DNA from: Phoronis australis
Lineage: Eukaryota; Animalia; Phoronida
Assembly: GCA_002633005.1 (NCBI GenBank)
Contig: NMRA01000780.1
Location: 62,001-126,000 of the forward strand
Length of the DNA: 64,000 bases
Reading direction: 5' to 3'
Shown in pieces: positions 45,901 through 59,283 of the stretch (position 1 is its first letter; every line of letters begins with the position of its first letter). Made by a program: the position numbers and the translations under genes. Below the pieces are notes generated by a model. The model saw nothing but the letters and a program-made list of their open reading frames with translations, searched no databases and was not told the DNA's origin.

Positions 45901-48900
45901 ACGGAATTCAACCGGTGAAATGTATGAACTTGATATCACCATCTGTTTAGAAAACCCTGGCAAAGGCGAGAACTGGCAATCTGTAACAAAATCACGAATG
46001 TACGGCGAATTTTGTTGCTTTATGGATCTGGTCAAAGCTAATAACTTCAACTGAGAAGTGTGTTCCATTCAACAATAGTAAAAAAATGCGTTTATCTTTT
46101 CCGGTTGCAAACAGACAATGTCCCTCTGTGACGAGACAGAGAGTATAATATTAGTCAAATAAACAACGAGAAACAAATCGAATACTTTACCTGTTTCTAT
46201 TTTCGGTGTTCTGAGCTCAAGCACACTAATTTCTCACCTAATCCTTGGATCAGTTCAAGTGATCTGAGTCGAAAAAAATACACAACTCATTATTTAAGAA
46301 CAAAATTTCCGGACTGTCGCAAGCGTAGAGGTCGACTTTAACATTCAAAGCAACGTGCACTGGCAGGGTGCGGGGAGTCAACAGATTTCTGAAGGACAGT
46401 AGTCGCGGCATTCTCATATACTGTACCAACAGTCGCGGTTTTACTTGGCCCGTAAAACTTTGAGAAAATAAGTTAGGTCTACTTTACGAGTGCCCTGGGT
46501 CTGTTTCATGAAAAGTCAAAACTTCTGCCTTACGCTTTACACAATTCTTCAAGAAGTAAAAAAAATATTACTTGTGCAAAATTCCGGTCCCTGAGAACAT
46601 GCACCCAATATTGTTACTTGCTGAGATATTTCTAGAGTGTGATGCACTGGTACTTACCAGGTTAAACCTTTTTACCAATTGTGAAGTGCTAGCGTTACTC
46701 CACGTTCATATCACAGACCACTGGTGACGATAATAGGTGCATAGAGCGGTAAGTGCGTCTCATAATTACATGCACTTTTACTACTGAGGACATTACATGT
46801 GTTCTTGTAAAGCCCTCGCGACTTTATGAATTCCCCTTAAGTGGGTTTCACGGTGGGGATGTTAGATAATGCTGTTATGTTGAGTAAATACTCGTGAATT
46901 TTGTTCTCACTGGACTTCGAGAGGGAACTTTACCAGCACTTTAAGGTTAGGTACGACCGTATCGACATGCTTGTCCAGTTAGTAAATATCTGCAAAACAT
47001 TAACTGTATAAAAGTACACATTTTCTGAAAGTAGATTTTGATTTTCAACTTTACACCAGCAGCTTGCCATTAACTGGATCACATGACCACGCGTTTTTAG
47101 TAAATTTTAGCAACAAGCTTGCATTCATTTCATATCAAAACAACGACGCCAGTGCCATGGTTGGATTTCATTTGATGTAAATGCCTAAAATGAAATTCTG
47201 ATAACGGCTGCTGCACAAGCAGTTTTCTAAAATATAATGTCGTTTTAGTTCTATGCATCTTGAACTTTTAATAAAAAATCGCAAACGTCGACATAACTGC
47301 TATGTTCATGGCTTCTCAGGCAAAAATGGAACTCTTTTTGAGCAGGCCTATGATTTGAATAAAAGTGCATGCTGAGTGAAGGTTTCATGTGAATCTGAAC
47401 TACCATTTCTGACGTATGACTGTTCCGAGGTTAGCCAAATTTTCCCATTTTGCTGATGACCCAACTTACCTTAATAGCCGAGTCGTGAAAGGCAGGCCAT
47501 CGAAATCAATCACTTCACTAAAATAAAAACTCGACGCGACTGTCAATTGTGAAGGTTGACAGGCAGACAACCCGTAAGGCTAATGCCCTGAAGCTACACG
47601 CGTTGCAAAGTAAGGTTTGAAAAAACACCCGTTATACTATACATTCCATGATTAAATTTGAAGGCAATCAAAAGATTAACTTTCTGTCGGGATGAGTCAC
47701 GTGCGTGGCAGGTCAGGACTTCGAGGTTACCGGAACGTCAAACGCAGACACCGAAAGAAACTGAGCTTCGAATTTGAAATTTCTAAATCCAGATGTATAA
47801 ATCATAATTTCCGGTTACAAAGTCGGTGTATGATACAGGTAACTCAAATACTGACTGGCCAATTCGTGGTTAACTGGTGACAAATCTTTTCAGATGTTCG
47901 CATCATAACTTTGTCAGGAGACAGGTGTTAATTGTTTGATGATAGTTGGAACTAAAGATCAGCTTTGTTAGAATGTTATAAACATGATATATTCATTGAT
48001 AATACCGTGTCTGCTTTCAAATATAACTCACGAATTGAAAGATAACGAAACAAATTCTCACTTTAAATGTAACAATATGTGATAGTTGACACTCCAATAA
48101 ATGAGATGCCGGCATAAATTAACTATACATTGCTCGTATATTATTTGTCGCATATGCCCAATTTGAACCAAATACATAACTTTTACATCGAAAGTCATTT
48201 TTATCCTATTCTAAGGTGGCAATTTTGATATCTTTTTCCATTTTATTAGTAGATTTGAACAATGTATTAACCTATGGGGACTGGGGTGGATACAGAATGA
48301 AGTTCAGTGTTCGATGCTCCAATCATGAGAATTTTGCTGACATTTGTTTGGATAACATTAGATGGTCGACGTGTAGGTTGTACAATTAAGCAGCTATTTC
48401 CCTCAACAGTTGTGGGAAAGGGCAATGTTTTGTCTTTTTATCAGATAAATGGGTGCACGTGAATTGCGCTACAAACAACTAGTAGAAATTCTGGCGTGGC
48501 GACGGAGTCGGACCGGGGACACGATGTGGCCTCATATAGCTAACCTCGGTCTCGCAGCGTATAGTTACTTTTAGTTGGACACGCTTTTGATTGAGATGAG
48601 AGCCTATTCTGAATTATCAGTTGTAAGAACACTTCGACAGGGAATTTACCAGAATTACATTTTGACGGCAGCGGTCACCGCGTTTAGGAACAAATGTCAT
48701 GCGACTCTCTGGCTTATCACACAAAGTGAAAAATGAAACAACAAACCTCTTGTACAAACCCACGTTATAACTTACCTTGATCAGTCCCTAGCAATTACTG
48801 AGTTATCCTTAGATATAAAACCAATTCTGGACTGGTCTAAACGTTAAGTGAAGACACCAGTCGACTGCGGCCTCTCAAAGCCTCTTAACGTCTGAACAAC

Positions 48901-50546
48901 TCGCTCAAATAGGTTTAATGAGGGTAAGCTTCACAATGTATCTGCTCACCTCTGAAGGGTAGAAGGGCGTGCCAGAGGCAAGCATTCAAATAGTAGTCTT
49001 GAGTCTGCTTAAATTTCTTAAAGTACCACAAAATAACAAAGGGGTCCTGCGTCGCACCGCAATCTCAAGGATGTACAACAACAGATGTTAGGCCTATTCC
49101 CTAGTTCGCTTTGTGGAGGCAAAATAGGTGAACGTACATTACATGTGTTCAGGCATGTATACTTCAGTCCAGGACAGGAGAATAAGCTGTTTCTATTTAT
49201 TTTGGTATAATTGGTTTGATAAACATGTTCCTTGTGCGTGTTTAAAACTTACTTTACACGGATTTTGATGGACCGACCGATTCCAAAACCGTTAAAATTC
49301 TTCATCAACACCTTGTTATAAGCTTGAGCCATATTTTATAACAAAATATGGCCACTTAAAATGTAACATTATACCACAACGGCGTGAACATCTCCCTCAC
49401 TTTGATGCGTCATTGGAGTGAATTGAAGGCAGTTGTGTGTTTATACACTAAAATATTCATGAATTAAAATGGATAAATCTACATTTTACACTGTTCGTTT
49501 TTATCAATCAAAGACATCAAAATACTCACAGTTAATGTCAGGGTACACAAGCTTTCACGATCAGCAGTTTCAGCAGCAGAATGATGTTCCGCTAATCGGC
49601 GTTGGTGGAGTAATAAAACAGTCGTGGCGGAAATTCCTCGACATGCATTTCTAATTACCGCTCTAACAGACGGGTGCAAAGTCGAACAGAATCAGACCAA
49701 GCTACATCGGGTGCACGCTTTCCTTGGTTTGAACCCGAAAGTGGGCTCTATTGCAAGAAATTGGGAACATGTCAATAAAGATTTAAATTCCGAGGGTACT
49801 TCCATAGAGAAGATACATAAGGGGGGTGCCACTCAGGATGGTATTTCACTATCAGATTTTTTTTCGGGAATGTGGTGCATTTTCTCAGCTGAAAACGTTC
49901 TCCAACAAGGTTTAAGTTGGAATTCGCCTCTACAGACGGGTTCCACTGGTCGAGTCACGGTGCCTGGTCAACCGAAACAATCCGTGGCAATCCCGCTATG
50001 TACATGTACTCATGTCTTTTTTATATTGTTTCATGTCATGGGTTAAAATTCAACTGTTCCTATGAAATGATCAGACCTGGAATGAACCCATTAGTATATA
50101 GGGTCGGTGTTTCTCGAAAAAAACTCCTCTGGACCACTAAACCTCCCGATGGCTTTTCCATAATACTCCCTACACATGGGTCCCCTTAATTTTCAAGTCA
50201 ACTCTTAAAATGGCTCAGGCTGCACTCCTCACACCCTGTCAAAATGTGACACGTGCGCTCCCTTCAGGTCAAGTTTCAAACGACTCCAACGACGGTACCC
50301 AGAACAACGAGGTAATTAAATTGCTAGTATGGGACTCAACCCCTAACCAAAGTATTGAAGTATAACATTCATTCGCACACTAAACACGTGGTCCTGGAGT
50401 TAACATGCAGGCCTAGATCTCTGCTGGTTACTAGGCCTACACGGGATTAGCAAAAAGCATGAAATTATTTCACAATATCGTTGATCAAAAGCATTGTCAA
50501 GTTACCGTTTATGCTTTTGAGATGTACTTCATTATTGCTGTTTCAC

Positions 50547-50932
50547 TGGACTTCAAAACCTCTTGCCTGGACTTCAACTGAGACCAGCTGGCAGGACTGC
50601 AAAACCCCGGCAATGACCGGTGCTCTAACAATAATTGTGCTTGTTCGAACCTCAAAACGCGATGTCCGGAACCTCAAAACCAGATGGCAGCACCAGCCCT
50701 CAAAAATGTTTGGCCGGACATCAAAACAGGTTGGCCGGTGCTCAAACACAATGGCCGAACAAATCATCGGCCAACTGGTTATATCACAGACCATCGTGTT
50801 TTGCATCCAGCCAATTAGTTTTTTGGGTAAATCAGGCCATCGCATTTTAAAGTCCGGACATCACGTTTGATCACCGCGCAGCCATTTGGTTTTGCAGTCC
50901 ATGCAGCCGACTGGTTTTGAAGTCGGGGCAAG
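50547..50932. repeat. Foldback-like element with about 21-bp degenerate subrepeats
   Basis: Repeated GGAC(T/A)TCAAAAC-like units in 50547-50770 and their reverse complements (GGTTTTGAAGTC, TTTTGCAGTCC) in 50800-50932. Confidence 0.65.
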
Positions 50933-51095
50933 TGGCTTAGTCCGACTACTTGCTGATTCTCTCTTTGAATATACAAAACGGTTCTTTTTCGAACTATTTT
51001 TGAGCGGACTCGCAAAATGCCGCACGGATTCCTCGGCATTTTGTTTCAGTAACTGTTCTTGGTGAACTGTGCTTGCCAGTGCCGGATGGTCTCGC

Positions 51096-51300
51096 AGCCT
51101 TATGACTGACGTCGCAGGCTTCGATCAGCTCGGCTATGTCCGCCAACGTCCGCCTCAACCGATTTTAACAAATTTGGTGCAGGAGAAAGAGTTCGTCGAT
51201 TGCTAATTACTATTAAGTCAATGACTTTTATTTAAAATCGATCGAGGCGGACGATGACGGAAATGGCCGAGTTTATCAAAGCCTGAGTCAATCACGAGGC
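51096..51300. repeat. Long imperfect inverted repeat (hairpin MITE)
   Basis: CAGGCTTCGATCAGCTCGGCTATGTCCGCC..CGATTTTAA (from 51115) pairs with TTAAAATCG..GGCCGAGTTTATCAAAGCCTG (to 51285). Outer arms AGCCTTATGACTGAC and GTCAATCACGAGGCT extend it. Confidence 0.8.
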
Positions 51301-54026
51301 TCACCAAAAACTCACCACTGTGTCGTCTGTTGAAGTTTGCGGCACTNTCTCTAGCGACCAAATTGAGGGAAGTAAGCTACAGCTCCATATCAACATCATA
51401 ATACACGCTGGTATTTCTTAGGTGACACTGAACACTACGGCCGCAGCCAATTTGCAGAGCCAAAATATTGAAATTTTGGGGTAGGCCAGGCTTCGGGGTG
51501 TTTTTAAGTAGATGATGCACGTAAGCTCAGTGAATGGTTTATTTGTATTTGTGAACACGCTGGGAATGAGAGAACACCACTTGCTTGGCTGTAGCTACAC
51601 GGGCTTTCTGCTGTATTTAGGCATAGCCGAATAGCGACTGAAAAATTGGCTGAGATTTTAGGTAACCCTCAAACAAGCCAGAATTGCAAAAAAATAGTAG
51701 ATTGAAAGTACTTTTGAACCACGTTTTTGGAATCTGTAAGAAATTTGGTTTCAGAATCTAATGTTGGCTTACGTCCGTTCTTCGGCAGGGAAGTGGTGCT
51801 TTGGGGTGAAAAATGGCGATTTTATGTTTTTGCTCCTTTTTATTAGCCTAACTTCCTTTTCAGTAGGAGTGAAAGAGCCAAAAAATACAAGACACAATAA
51901 ACTTTCTGTGCTCATCTGAAGGGTGTTTGAAGTGGAGAGACCCTAAACACGTCATTCCTTGCAGAGATAGTGAAAAATAGGTGACAAGTCCAGTGAGATC
52001 TACTCTGTGTCCCCTTACGTAGTAAATGACGTATGATGATTGGGTCACCAGGATTTGTCATCCGTACATAAAAAATTCAAAACGCCATTTTTTAAGTTAT
52101 CCCCACAATAGTTAGCCTACCTTTCATGTCATTATTGGGAATCAGGTCTTTTTTACACTTGTATGTGACCAGTATATTGCTTCCGGGAAGCCTAAAAAGG
52201 CAAATAAGGAAATCACACAAAACAAACGTAAAGTTACCAACCATTCCATCTTTGTATGAACAAGAGCAAATAACTTGCCACTTGGAGGAGCAGCGGTGGT
52301 CACGTTCACAAGAGTACACTGGCCAAGTTGCCAAAGGATCTTGAAAGATGCTTAGGAGCAGCTTGGCGGATACAGAGGCAGACGACGAAAACAGACTCGA
52401 AAATAATAAAAACCGTTACTAGGTGGCGCAGAATACGTGGACTCCATCGCAAAATGAAAAGGTGCTGTCGTCTTCATAATAGCAAATCGTTTGTCAAATT
52501 TATTGAAAAACAGTCGATAAGTTCTGAAGAAACAGAGGCTAACATTAAAGTTCAATTTTCGAATAAGGGGCAGTCAGCGGTAGTTAGAGCTGTCTCACAG
52601 TCGTGGGCAGACGTTGACAAATTTCATTAATATTTTAAGGAAGGTACGGCAGTGGACGCAGGAATGACAAAATCACAAACAGGGGGCGCCACAGTTGTCA
52701 GACCCGTCCGACATGGTCTTGTCATGAAGAACGCATCTTAAAACAATGAATATGATACTAGGAGGCGTAGAAGACGCCGAATCCTTCCGAAAATGAAAAG
52801 ACACAATTGTACCCATAATAGAAACTTGTTTGCCAAAGCTCCTTCAATGACGGACATTTTTGTTCTAGAAACTCGTCATCTTCTGTTGTCAGCTCCATGG
52901 GAACATAACTTCCAAACTTAACAAAGGTCCTGCAAATGGTTAAGGAGATATAGCCGCGGCTATTCGGGGTCGCCAGAGAGGCCGATTTTTCTTCGAAAAT
53001 CAACTTCATCAGAAACACATCTGCCAACTGTCATAATTATTATTCGAGCAGCTTTGTGGTTTAAACAAGCAACCGTCCAAGGATTCGAAAATTCAAAACA
53101 ATGACATACGTGTAAAAAATAAAGTTGCCACTAGGGAGCACCCCGGTGCCAAATCAGTCCGAGATTCGTCATTTGTTGTCTGCTTCATAGGATCACATCT
53201 ACCAATTAAATCACATGAAGGTTCTGCAGGTGGCTTACCGTATACAGCAGTGGATGAAGAACTCCCATACAGAGATGACGGTAAAAAACATAAATATGCA
53301 CTAATGTGCGTGAATTTAAAATGTAAACCTCCAGTGATAGAGCTGATATGATACGGTCGATTTTACCAGATCAACAGGTGTGACGTGAACCATTATGTTA
53401 TTGTGAAACGTGCACTTCTGGGACTCGGACAACAGCAATGACAGTAATTCAGACAGCAACTCTATCAACAGTTTTATAACTAAGAACGATGTAAAAAGTG
53501 AAAAGACATTATGAATAACAGCACCAACAACAAGTAACGAAACATCAGATATATACATCTCTTGCCTTAATACTAGTACACTATTACCTAGTTAACCCCG
53601 CCTCTATCGACAGCTCTGGAGGTCTGACGGGCCGCTCCGTCATCGGTAGGGTTTCGTCCAGTTGATCGATCTGTCTATAGGCTATGCCAGAATCTTCTAA
53701 AGGTGCCAAGTGAGGAAGAATCCGTCGCGCCTTATCAAGCTGGTTGTTGTTCAAAAAGTGGTTAACCATCCATTGGTGAAAAAACGGCAGCCCCATGTGG
53801 TAGCAATTCTTTTGTACCAAATGATCAACTGTAAGCAGAAATGATTAATTCTGAAAACATTTAAGTTGTTGTTATTGAAATGTCAGCAACTTTGAAATAT
53901 GGCGATTTGGCAGTCTGAAGATCTTGATAAGACCTAAATTGTAACTATATACCCTCTTTAAAACGCAAGTCCGTTGTTAGGAGCGACAAACATAGCATGA
54001 ACATTCATAGTGTCGAAATCCTGTAA

Positions 54027-54132
54027 CATGGGCGACGCACCATATAGCCCCCCACTTTTTCCATAGGCCATGCACCACAGGTGAGCTGGGAGGGCTTTAG
54101 CCCGCATTTTTTTCAGTGCTGCGCCGCCCACG
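54027..54132. mobile_element. MITE family A (short copy)
   Basis: CATGGGCGACGC...GCGCCGCCCACG; perfect 5-bp TSD TGTAA. Confidence 0.85.
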
Positions 54133-57100
54133 TGTAAAGGGTCATTTGACGTTTTTCAATTGTTGTCAATTAACGTGATTCAGTTTAATAAAGTGATACT
54201 TAATTGCTTATTGTCGCTTTTAATAATAGACTACGAGCTGAGAGCACCATCGTTCGCCAGTTTTTCTCGTAACGAGACAGAACACATGTTTATTTCCGGA
54301 CTAACAGTACAGGTCTTCGTTCTTAAACAACCTGAGGCTGCTATTACGCGATCATCCGATATTCAAGTTTTTACGTCCCGTTGGCACTCCTTATGCTCTT
54401 GAATATTTGGTAGTTGTCTAAACCCCTGTATACACACCACACTTTTTCGTATGCGACTTTTCGTATGCTTAAAAAGGTGCGTGTAAGTAGATATTCCAAC
54501 AAAAATTTTTGCTGGTGACGTGACTCATACCCGAAACTTCAAGTTCATATGACGACAATCGAGAAGGATTTCAAATAATCTTAAGAAAAACTCCAGAGAC
54601 CTGTTAAGTGCCAGAAACTTACCAGGATGCATGAAAATTTCACTTTTTGGCTACAAAAACAAAAAATGTCTTACACGGGAGGGGGTCAACCCTCCTTCTG
54701 ACCACCCCCGCTCGGCGCCACGCGCCTCGGATTCGACCTTTGCGGGAAGTGCTAAACCCCCCCCCCCTTACTGAAAACGTAGATCCGCCACTGCAGTTAG
54801 TAAAAGACTCTCTAAATATATTACACAGACCTATTTGTTAGTATTCCAATATCTATCGTCAACCAATATATGTGTTATATCAAATCGCACTGTCACTGTC
54901 TACATAACCATATTGGCGACGAGGATAAAGAACTACTTTCATAGTAATGGTTCAACATTTTTACGTGCCTGTACCGAACGAACTTTGGGACAATAAAATA
55001 TCACTTTCTGCGCAAATAGCGTCGCTTGGGTGAGATTCTCAACTTACCAATAATTCTTATATTGCTTTCCTCTAAAATCGTACAATATCATGAGTTTTGA
55101 TTCAGGGATACGTTTGAATCCATGCACTAGAAAAATTTTGTTATGTTGAACACTGGGTCATTTCTCTAATTCTTTGGGTTACGGCCAGTGGCAAGTTAAA
55201 AAATCCCCTGGGTCTGACAGCCTAGTTTCTCCACGGCGCGTTCCCAGCACAGAAGCACGGTATCTGCAAAGGCTCTACTCTAACGGCATGTAGTTGTCCA
55301 TGTGTCGCGCGCGCGCGGCTTGTCTTCACAGCGCGTGCATGCACTCTCACCGAATCGTGCAAACCACCCACGTCGACGCTCAGCGATCTCTCGCAAGACA
55401 CCTCACCTTACCGACTTCTCTTGTACACGCACAATTTCTGCACTGACTCCTCAAGCTGAGTGCAGTGATGGCTTCTGTAGGACTCAACTTAATTTTTTTG
55501 CAGATAGACAAACAGGCTCAGGCTCGGAACAGGAGCTAGTTCACCATTTCACCACCAACTTTCACATGGTCAAAAATAGAATTATTTTATTCTTGGTCTT
55601 GCTACAACATCAATACCAGCTGGTACAGCACTCTCGATTGCCCGCTTATGCAATGTTTGTTGACAGGGTTAGATTAGAGCTAGTGTCCTTGTATAACCTC
55701 CGCCCCAGTTGTCAGTCACTGAGCTGGTGAGCACTCAAGCAACATGACTTACTGAGGCTTGGTCAACTATAGCTAAAAAAACAACTTTGGATTTTCAGAA
55801 TGTTTTTATTTTTCTTCAGTATACTGTGCATCAAGAATTAAAGATTAGGATGACATAAAAATGTAAAAAAACAGTCAAAATTATTTTTTCTGTGTTTCCA
55901 CCTACCTTGCTGTTGATAACTACGTATGTATTTGATAGTGAAACCATGCGGCACTTTTTGCCCTATTTTTCCGCAAATTCTTTGCTTGAGAGAAAACAGC
56001 TACATGTATAATAATTGCACATTTTTTCGTTCATAAGATGATTTGTTAAGATTGTAAGAATTTTATGGAAAATTACGCATGCAAATACATGCACGGACGG
56101 CTTAATTGTGGCCAAGACGCCAAAATCGAGAACAGTCAACCATTCAGCATCTTTTGAAATTAGACACAGTAATTGGCCCACCCAACCCGTTGCATATAGG
56201 TACCGGGTACCCAATCTTAACTGGACAGCGGCAGATGGATGGAAAATTACCGGTACTAGGTTTTGAGAGGAAGCAATAAAATTTGTAAGTACAGATTATG
56301 CATTTCCAGGTCCCAAGACTTGACCACGATGCAGCAAGTGTTGTATCACTGCAGCAGGCAGAAGACACTCCGGCCTTCATTTAAGTGGATAAAGCCCTGA
56401 CCCCCCAACCCCAAACAAAATTATATTAAGCATAAAAATGCCGCAAGTGTAATATTTGATTTTTTTGGTCAACAAAAATGCACGGGATTTTTTGATTGAT
56501 GGAAACGTGCAAATCTGTGCACGGAGCACTCGGTTGCGCCAAAACATACTGAATTGGCGAAATGTGTGTCTTTGCATATCGTTCTTACTGAACTGAGGGA
56601 ATATTTTTGGTGTTAAGAAAAAAGTAACTGTGAAATTTCACCGATGAACTTGTTGGTAGTCAAAAATTAAGAATTGTCAAAGCACCGAACAATTTTGAGC
56701 ACAAGGAATTTTTGTATTGCATCGATAAACACTCAAATCTTTTGAACTGTTAAGATGGGATTTATTTTTGAAAAACTGTAATTCGTTGTTGCGGAACAGA
56801 CTTCGACCAACATTACGATAAAAAATGAGTGATAAATCACAAGACGTCTTCAATTGAATTATCTTGGGGCCGGCGAGACTAAGAACTTTCGTTGGCCCAT
56901 TGTCAAACGATAAGTACGAATCACTAAAGGGCTCTAAACCTCAGACAGACTGTTTTATATATCTGAGCTTAAACTTATGTACTGTTCGATATGCGCATTG
57001 AACTGTTCGTAATCAATGCGTACATATAGTGGTATACAGTTTCAACGTGCAGAAATGTACTCGTCAGTTTAACAACCCTCTGTGCTTCCTAAATAAGGGT

Positions 57101-57723
57101 AAGTAAGGTCTCGACCATCTAACTTATAGCCGGGCTACGTCTGATATCCGTTTGACGTTATTTACCCTCGTTCGAGATGTCAAGACCACTAAGTCGTCAA
57201 ATTTGCGCCATTAATCTGAGAAAGGAATAAGTTGAAACGTAATGGATGTAAATTGGGTTTTATAACGGTAAAAGTGATTAAACTCACTAAGTAAGTCATA
57301 TTTTGGCGACAGGGTGGATTAGTTTCCCACTATCACAAGTGGTGGCGCATCTCGGCAGCACCAAATAATGCCAAAAAGCGTTGGTATGTATCTTTGAAAA
57401 TCATGTTCGATCAACTGAATGCCAGTACTATTTGAACTATCATTCAGCTGGCGTTAGCTCACCGTACTCCATCACTTTGATTTATTGTTAAGAGCACTTC
57501 TTAAATTATGGTCTCGCTGTTTGGGTGAGCAAACAGTGAAAATTAGGTGGGAAATTTTCATGCAGGCAGGTACGAGTGTGCCCGTAGCTTCGACTTTTCG
57601 AATAACCACCCACGGGTTTACCGGCCAACTATCAAACAAGTGACGCATCCATTTCGTCACAATTATTCTCGACCAATCGATCTGGAAATCTTCCTTTATT
57701 TCAGTCTATCTCAACCGTTAGCC

Positions 57724-59283
57724 ATGACGGACCGAGTTTTCTATTGGTACGTCATCTTAATTCTGGCAGCCGTTTTTATAGCAAATCTGTTGATCATTAA
57801 CATCTTAATCATCTGCGCCGTTTATTTTCTGAAATCTTCACGGACCCCTTCCTATCTTTTGTTCACCAGTCTATGTGCTGCTAACATCTTCGCCGCCATC
57901 TACGTGACCCCCGTAATGGCAATTAATTCAGTGGACGTGACGATTTCACCGACTAAAGCGGGATGCACAATGTACGAATATTTCAGATCTCTGGTCACTT
58001 ACTCCAGAGCTTTTTCGTACGTTGCTATCGCATATCAGCGCCACAAGCGGGTTGTTCAAGTAGCTCTATCAACCAAAACGATACTGCGCACAATGGTCTT
58101 GGTATGGGTTCTGAGCGCCATTTTCGCGTTGGAAACTCTTGCAACTGGCTTCAATGAAATAAAGATCACAAACGCTACGGGCGACTTGATAGACACGAAA
58201 TCTCTGTGCGTACAATCTGAGAAAAATGTAGCACTACGAGAAGGACAATATTTGGTAAACTTCATTCTTTCGTCCGTACTACCAATATGTGTTTTGCTTG
58301 CTCTCTATAGCAGGGTTGTGATTGTCATAGTCCGTCATTGCCCTGGAGGACACCTAGAACTTTTAAAACAGACAGTTGAAGTCCTAAATGAAATAGCATC
58401 AAAATCCACGTTGGGGATTGCCGAAAGCGGAAGCCCAAGCAAGCGCTTAACGCGTAATGTGTCAACTAATGCTGGAGAACACCAGCATACAAGTACCAGC
58501 AGCGTATCTCAGTTTAAAGCAATAGTGTCAATCATGGAAGACATTTCCGCAGGTCACTTGGGTCTCGCTACAAGAAGAAGACGAGAGACGACGAGGAATT
58601 CCGAACCAGCCAACAGAAACATTAATACCAGTGCCACTAGTTGTGAATCACGTTTCCAGTCACTGCCAGATGCGTTAAATCGTTTTGGAACAGCACCGCA
58701 GAAAGTTCCAGAAAAAATGGGAACTTCTCCAGCAACGAAAGAAAGTTCAGACCAATTTCTCAATACCTGGTTGCGTGATGCTTTCGGGAACGATGTCTCA
58801 AGTCAACAAAACACCCGTGAATGCATAACGAAACGGCCTATCGCGACATCAACAATAGCCGATTTAAAGAAGAGTTTTTCATTCAACCTCGACGATGAAA
58901 TGCCACCCATACCTGCGGAGTATTCCAGTAGAATCATGGCTTCACTGCTCATAATCGCCATGCTGGTGCTTTTTATAATGGTGGAGGTAGCTCAAACAGC
59001 TTTAGGGATGTACACACTGTTCGGACCTGGTTACTTCCACGGAATAGTAGAGGTTCAGCAGACGATATGGCTACTGGTTCTGTTTGGCGGCTGCTCAGAC
59101 GGGCTGTTCATGTTAGCAATGAACGCGAAACTGAGGACTGCAGTTAAAAACATGTTCAATCGGTGCTGCAAACCTAAATTAATTGGCAATCCAATAGTGG
59201 ATGTCACAGTTAACACAAATCCAAATGAATCCTCGTGCAATAACACCCCGATTCAAGTATTAGTCAATTCTCGGAGAAGCTGA
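57724..59283 (+). CDS. Class A (rhodopsin-like) GPCR, orphan, intronless CDS (519 aa from ATG 57724)
   Basis: Seven hydrophobic segments, TM3 Cys plus ECL2 Cys, IAYQRH at the DRY position, TM4 Trp, TM5 LP...Y, a helix-8-like LRTAVKNMF followed by CC, and a long ICL3. The ATG is in a good context (GCCATGA) just after a polypyrimidine/AG acceptor near 57704. Confidence 0.88.
   Translation: MTDRVFYWYVILILAAVFIANLLIINILIICAVYFLKSSRTPSYLLFTSLCAANIFAAIYVTPVMAINSVDVTISPTKAGCTMYEYFRSLVTYSRAFSYVAIAYQRHKRVVQVALSTKTILRTMVLVWVLSAIFALETLATGFNEIKITNATGDLIDTKSLCVQSEKNVALREGQYLVNFILSSVLPICVLLALYSRVVIVIVRHCPGGHLELLKQTVEVLNEIASKSTLGIAESGSPSKRLTRNVSTNAGEHQHTSTSSVSQFKAIVSIMEDISAGHLGLATRRRRETTRNSEPANRNINTSATSCESRFQSLPDALNRFGTAPQKVPEKMGTSPATKESSDQFLNTWLRDAFGNDVSSQQNTRECITKRPIATSTIADLKKSFSFNLDDEMPPIPAEYSSRIMASLLIIAMLVLFIMVEVAQTALGMYTLFGPGYFHGIVEVQQTIWLLVLFGGCSDGLFMLAMNAKLRTAVKNMFNRCCKPKLIGNPIVDVTVNTNPNESSCNNTPIQVLVNSRRS

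Noticed and set aside
46191-48950. snoRNA host gene
   Set aside because: I found no properly spaced C/D box pairs on the minus strand within the putative introns.
49624-50870. ORFs of 129-140 aa (also 26016-26462, 55302-55730, 59368-59790)
   Set aside because: Mostly non-ATG starts, no recognisable domains, and several overlap repeats; treated as chance ORFs.
53916-53945. CTGAAGA-TCTTGATAAGA hairpin as a hammerhead
   Set aside because: The GAAA core is absent (TAAA) and stems I and III are not supported.
57547-57723. 59-aa N-terminal extension of the GPCR in the ORF track
   Set aside because: Starts at GTG and crosses a polypyrimidine/AG acceptor; ATG 57724 is the plausible eukaryotic start.
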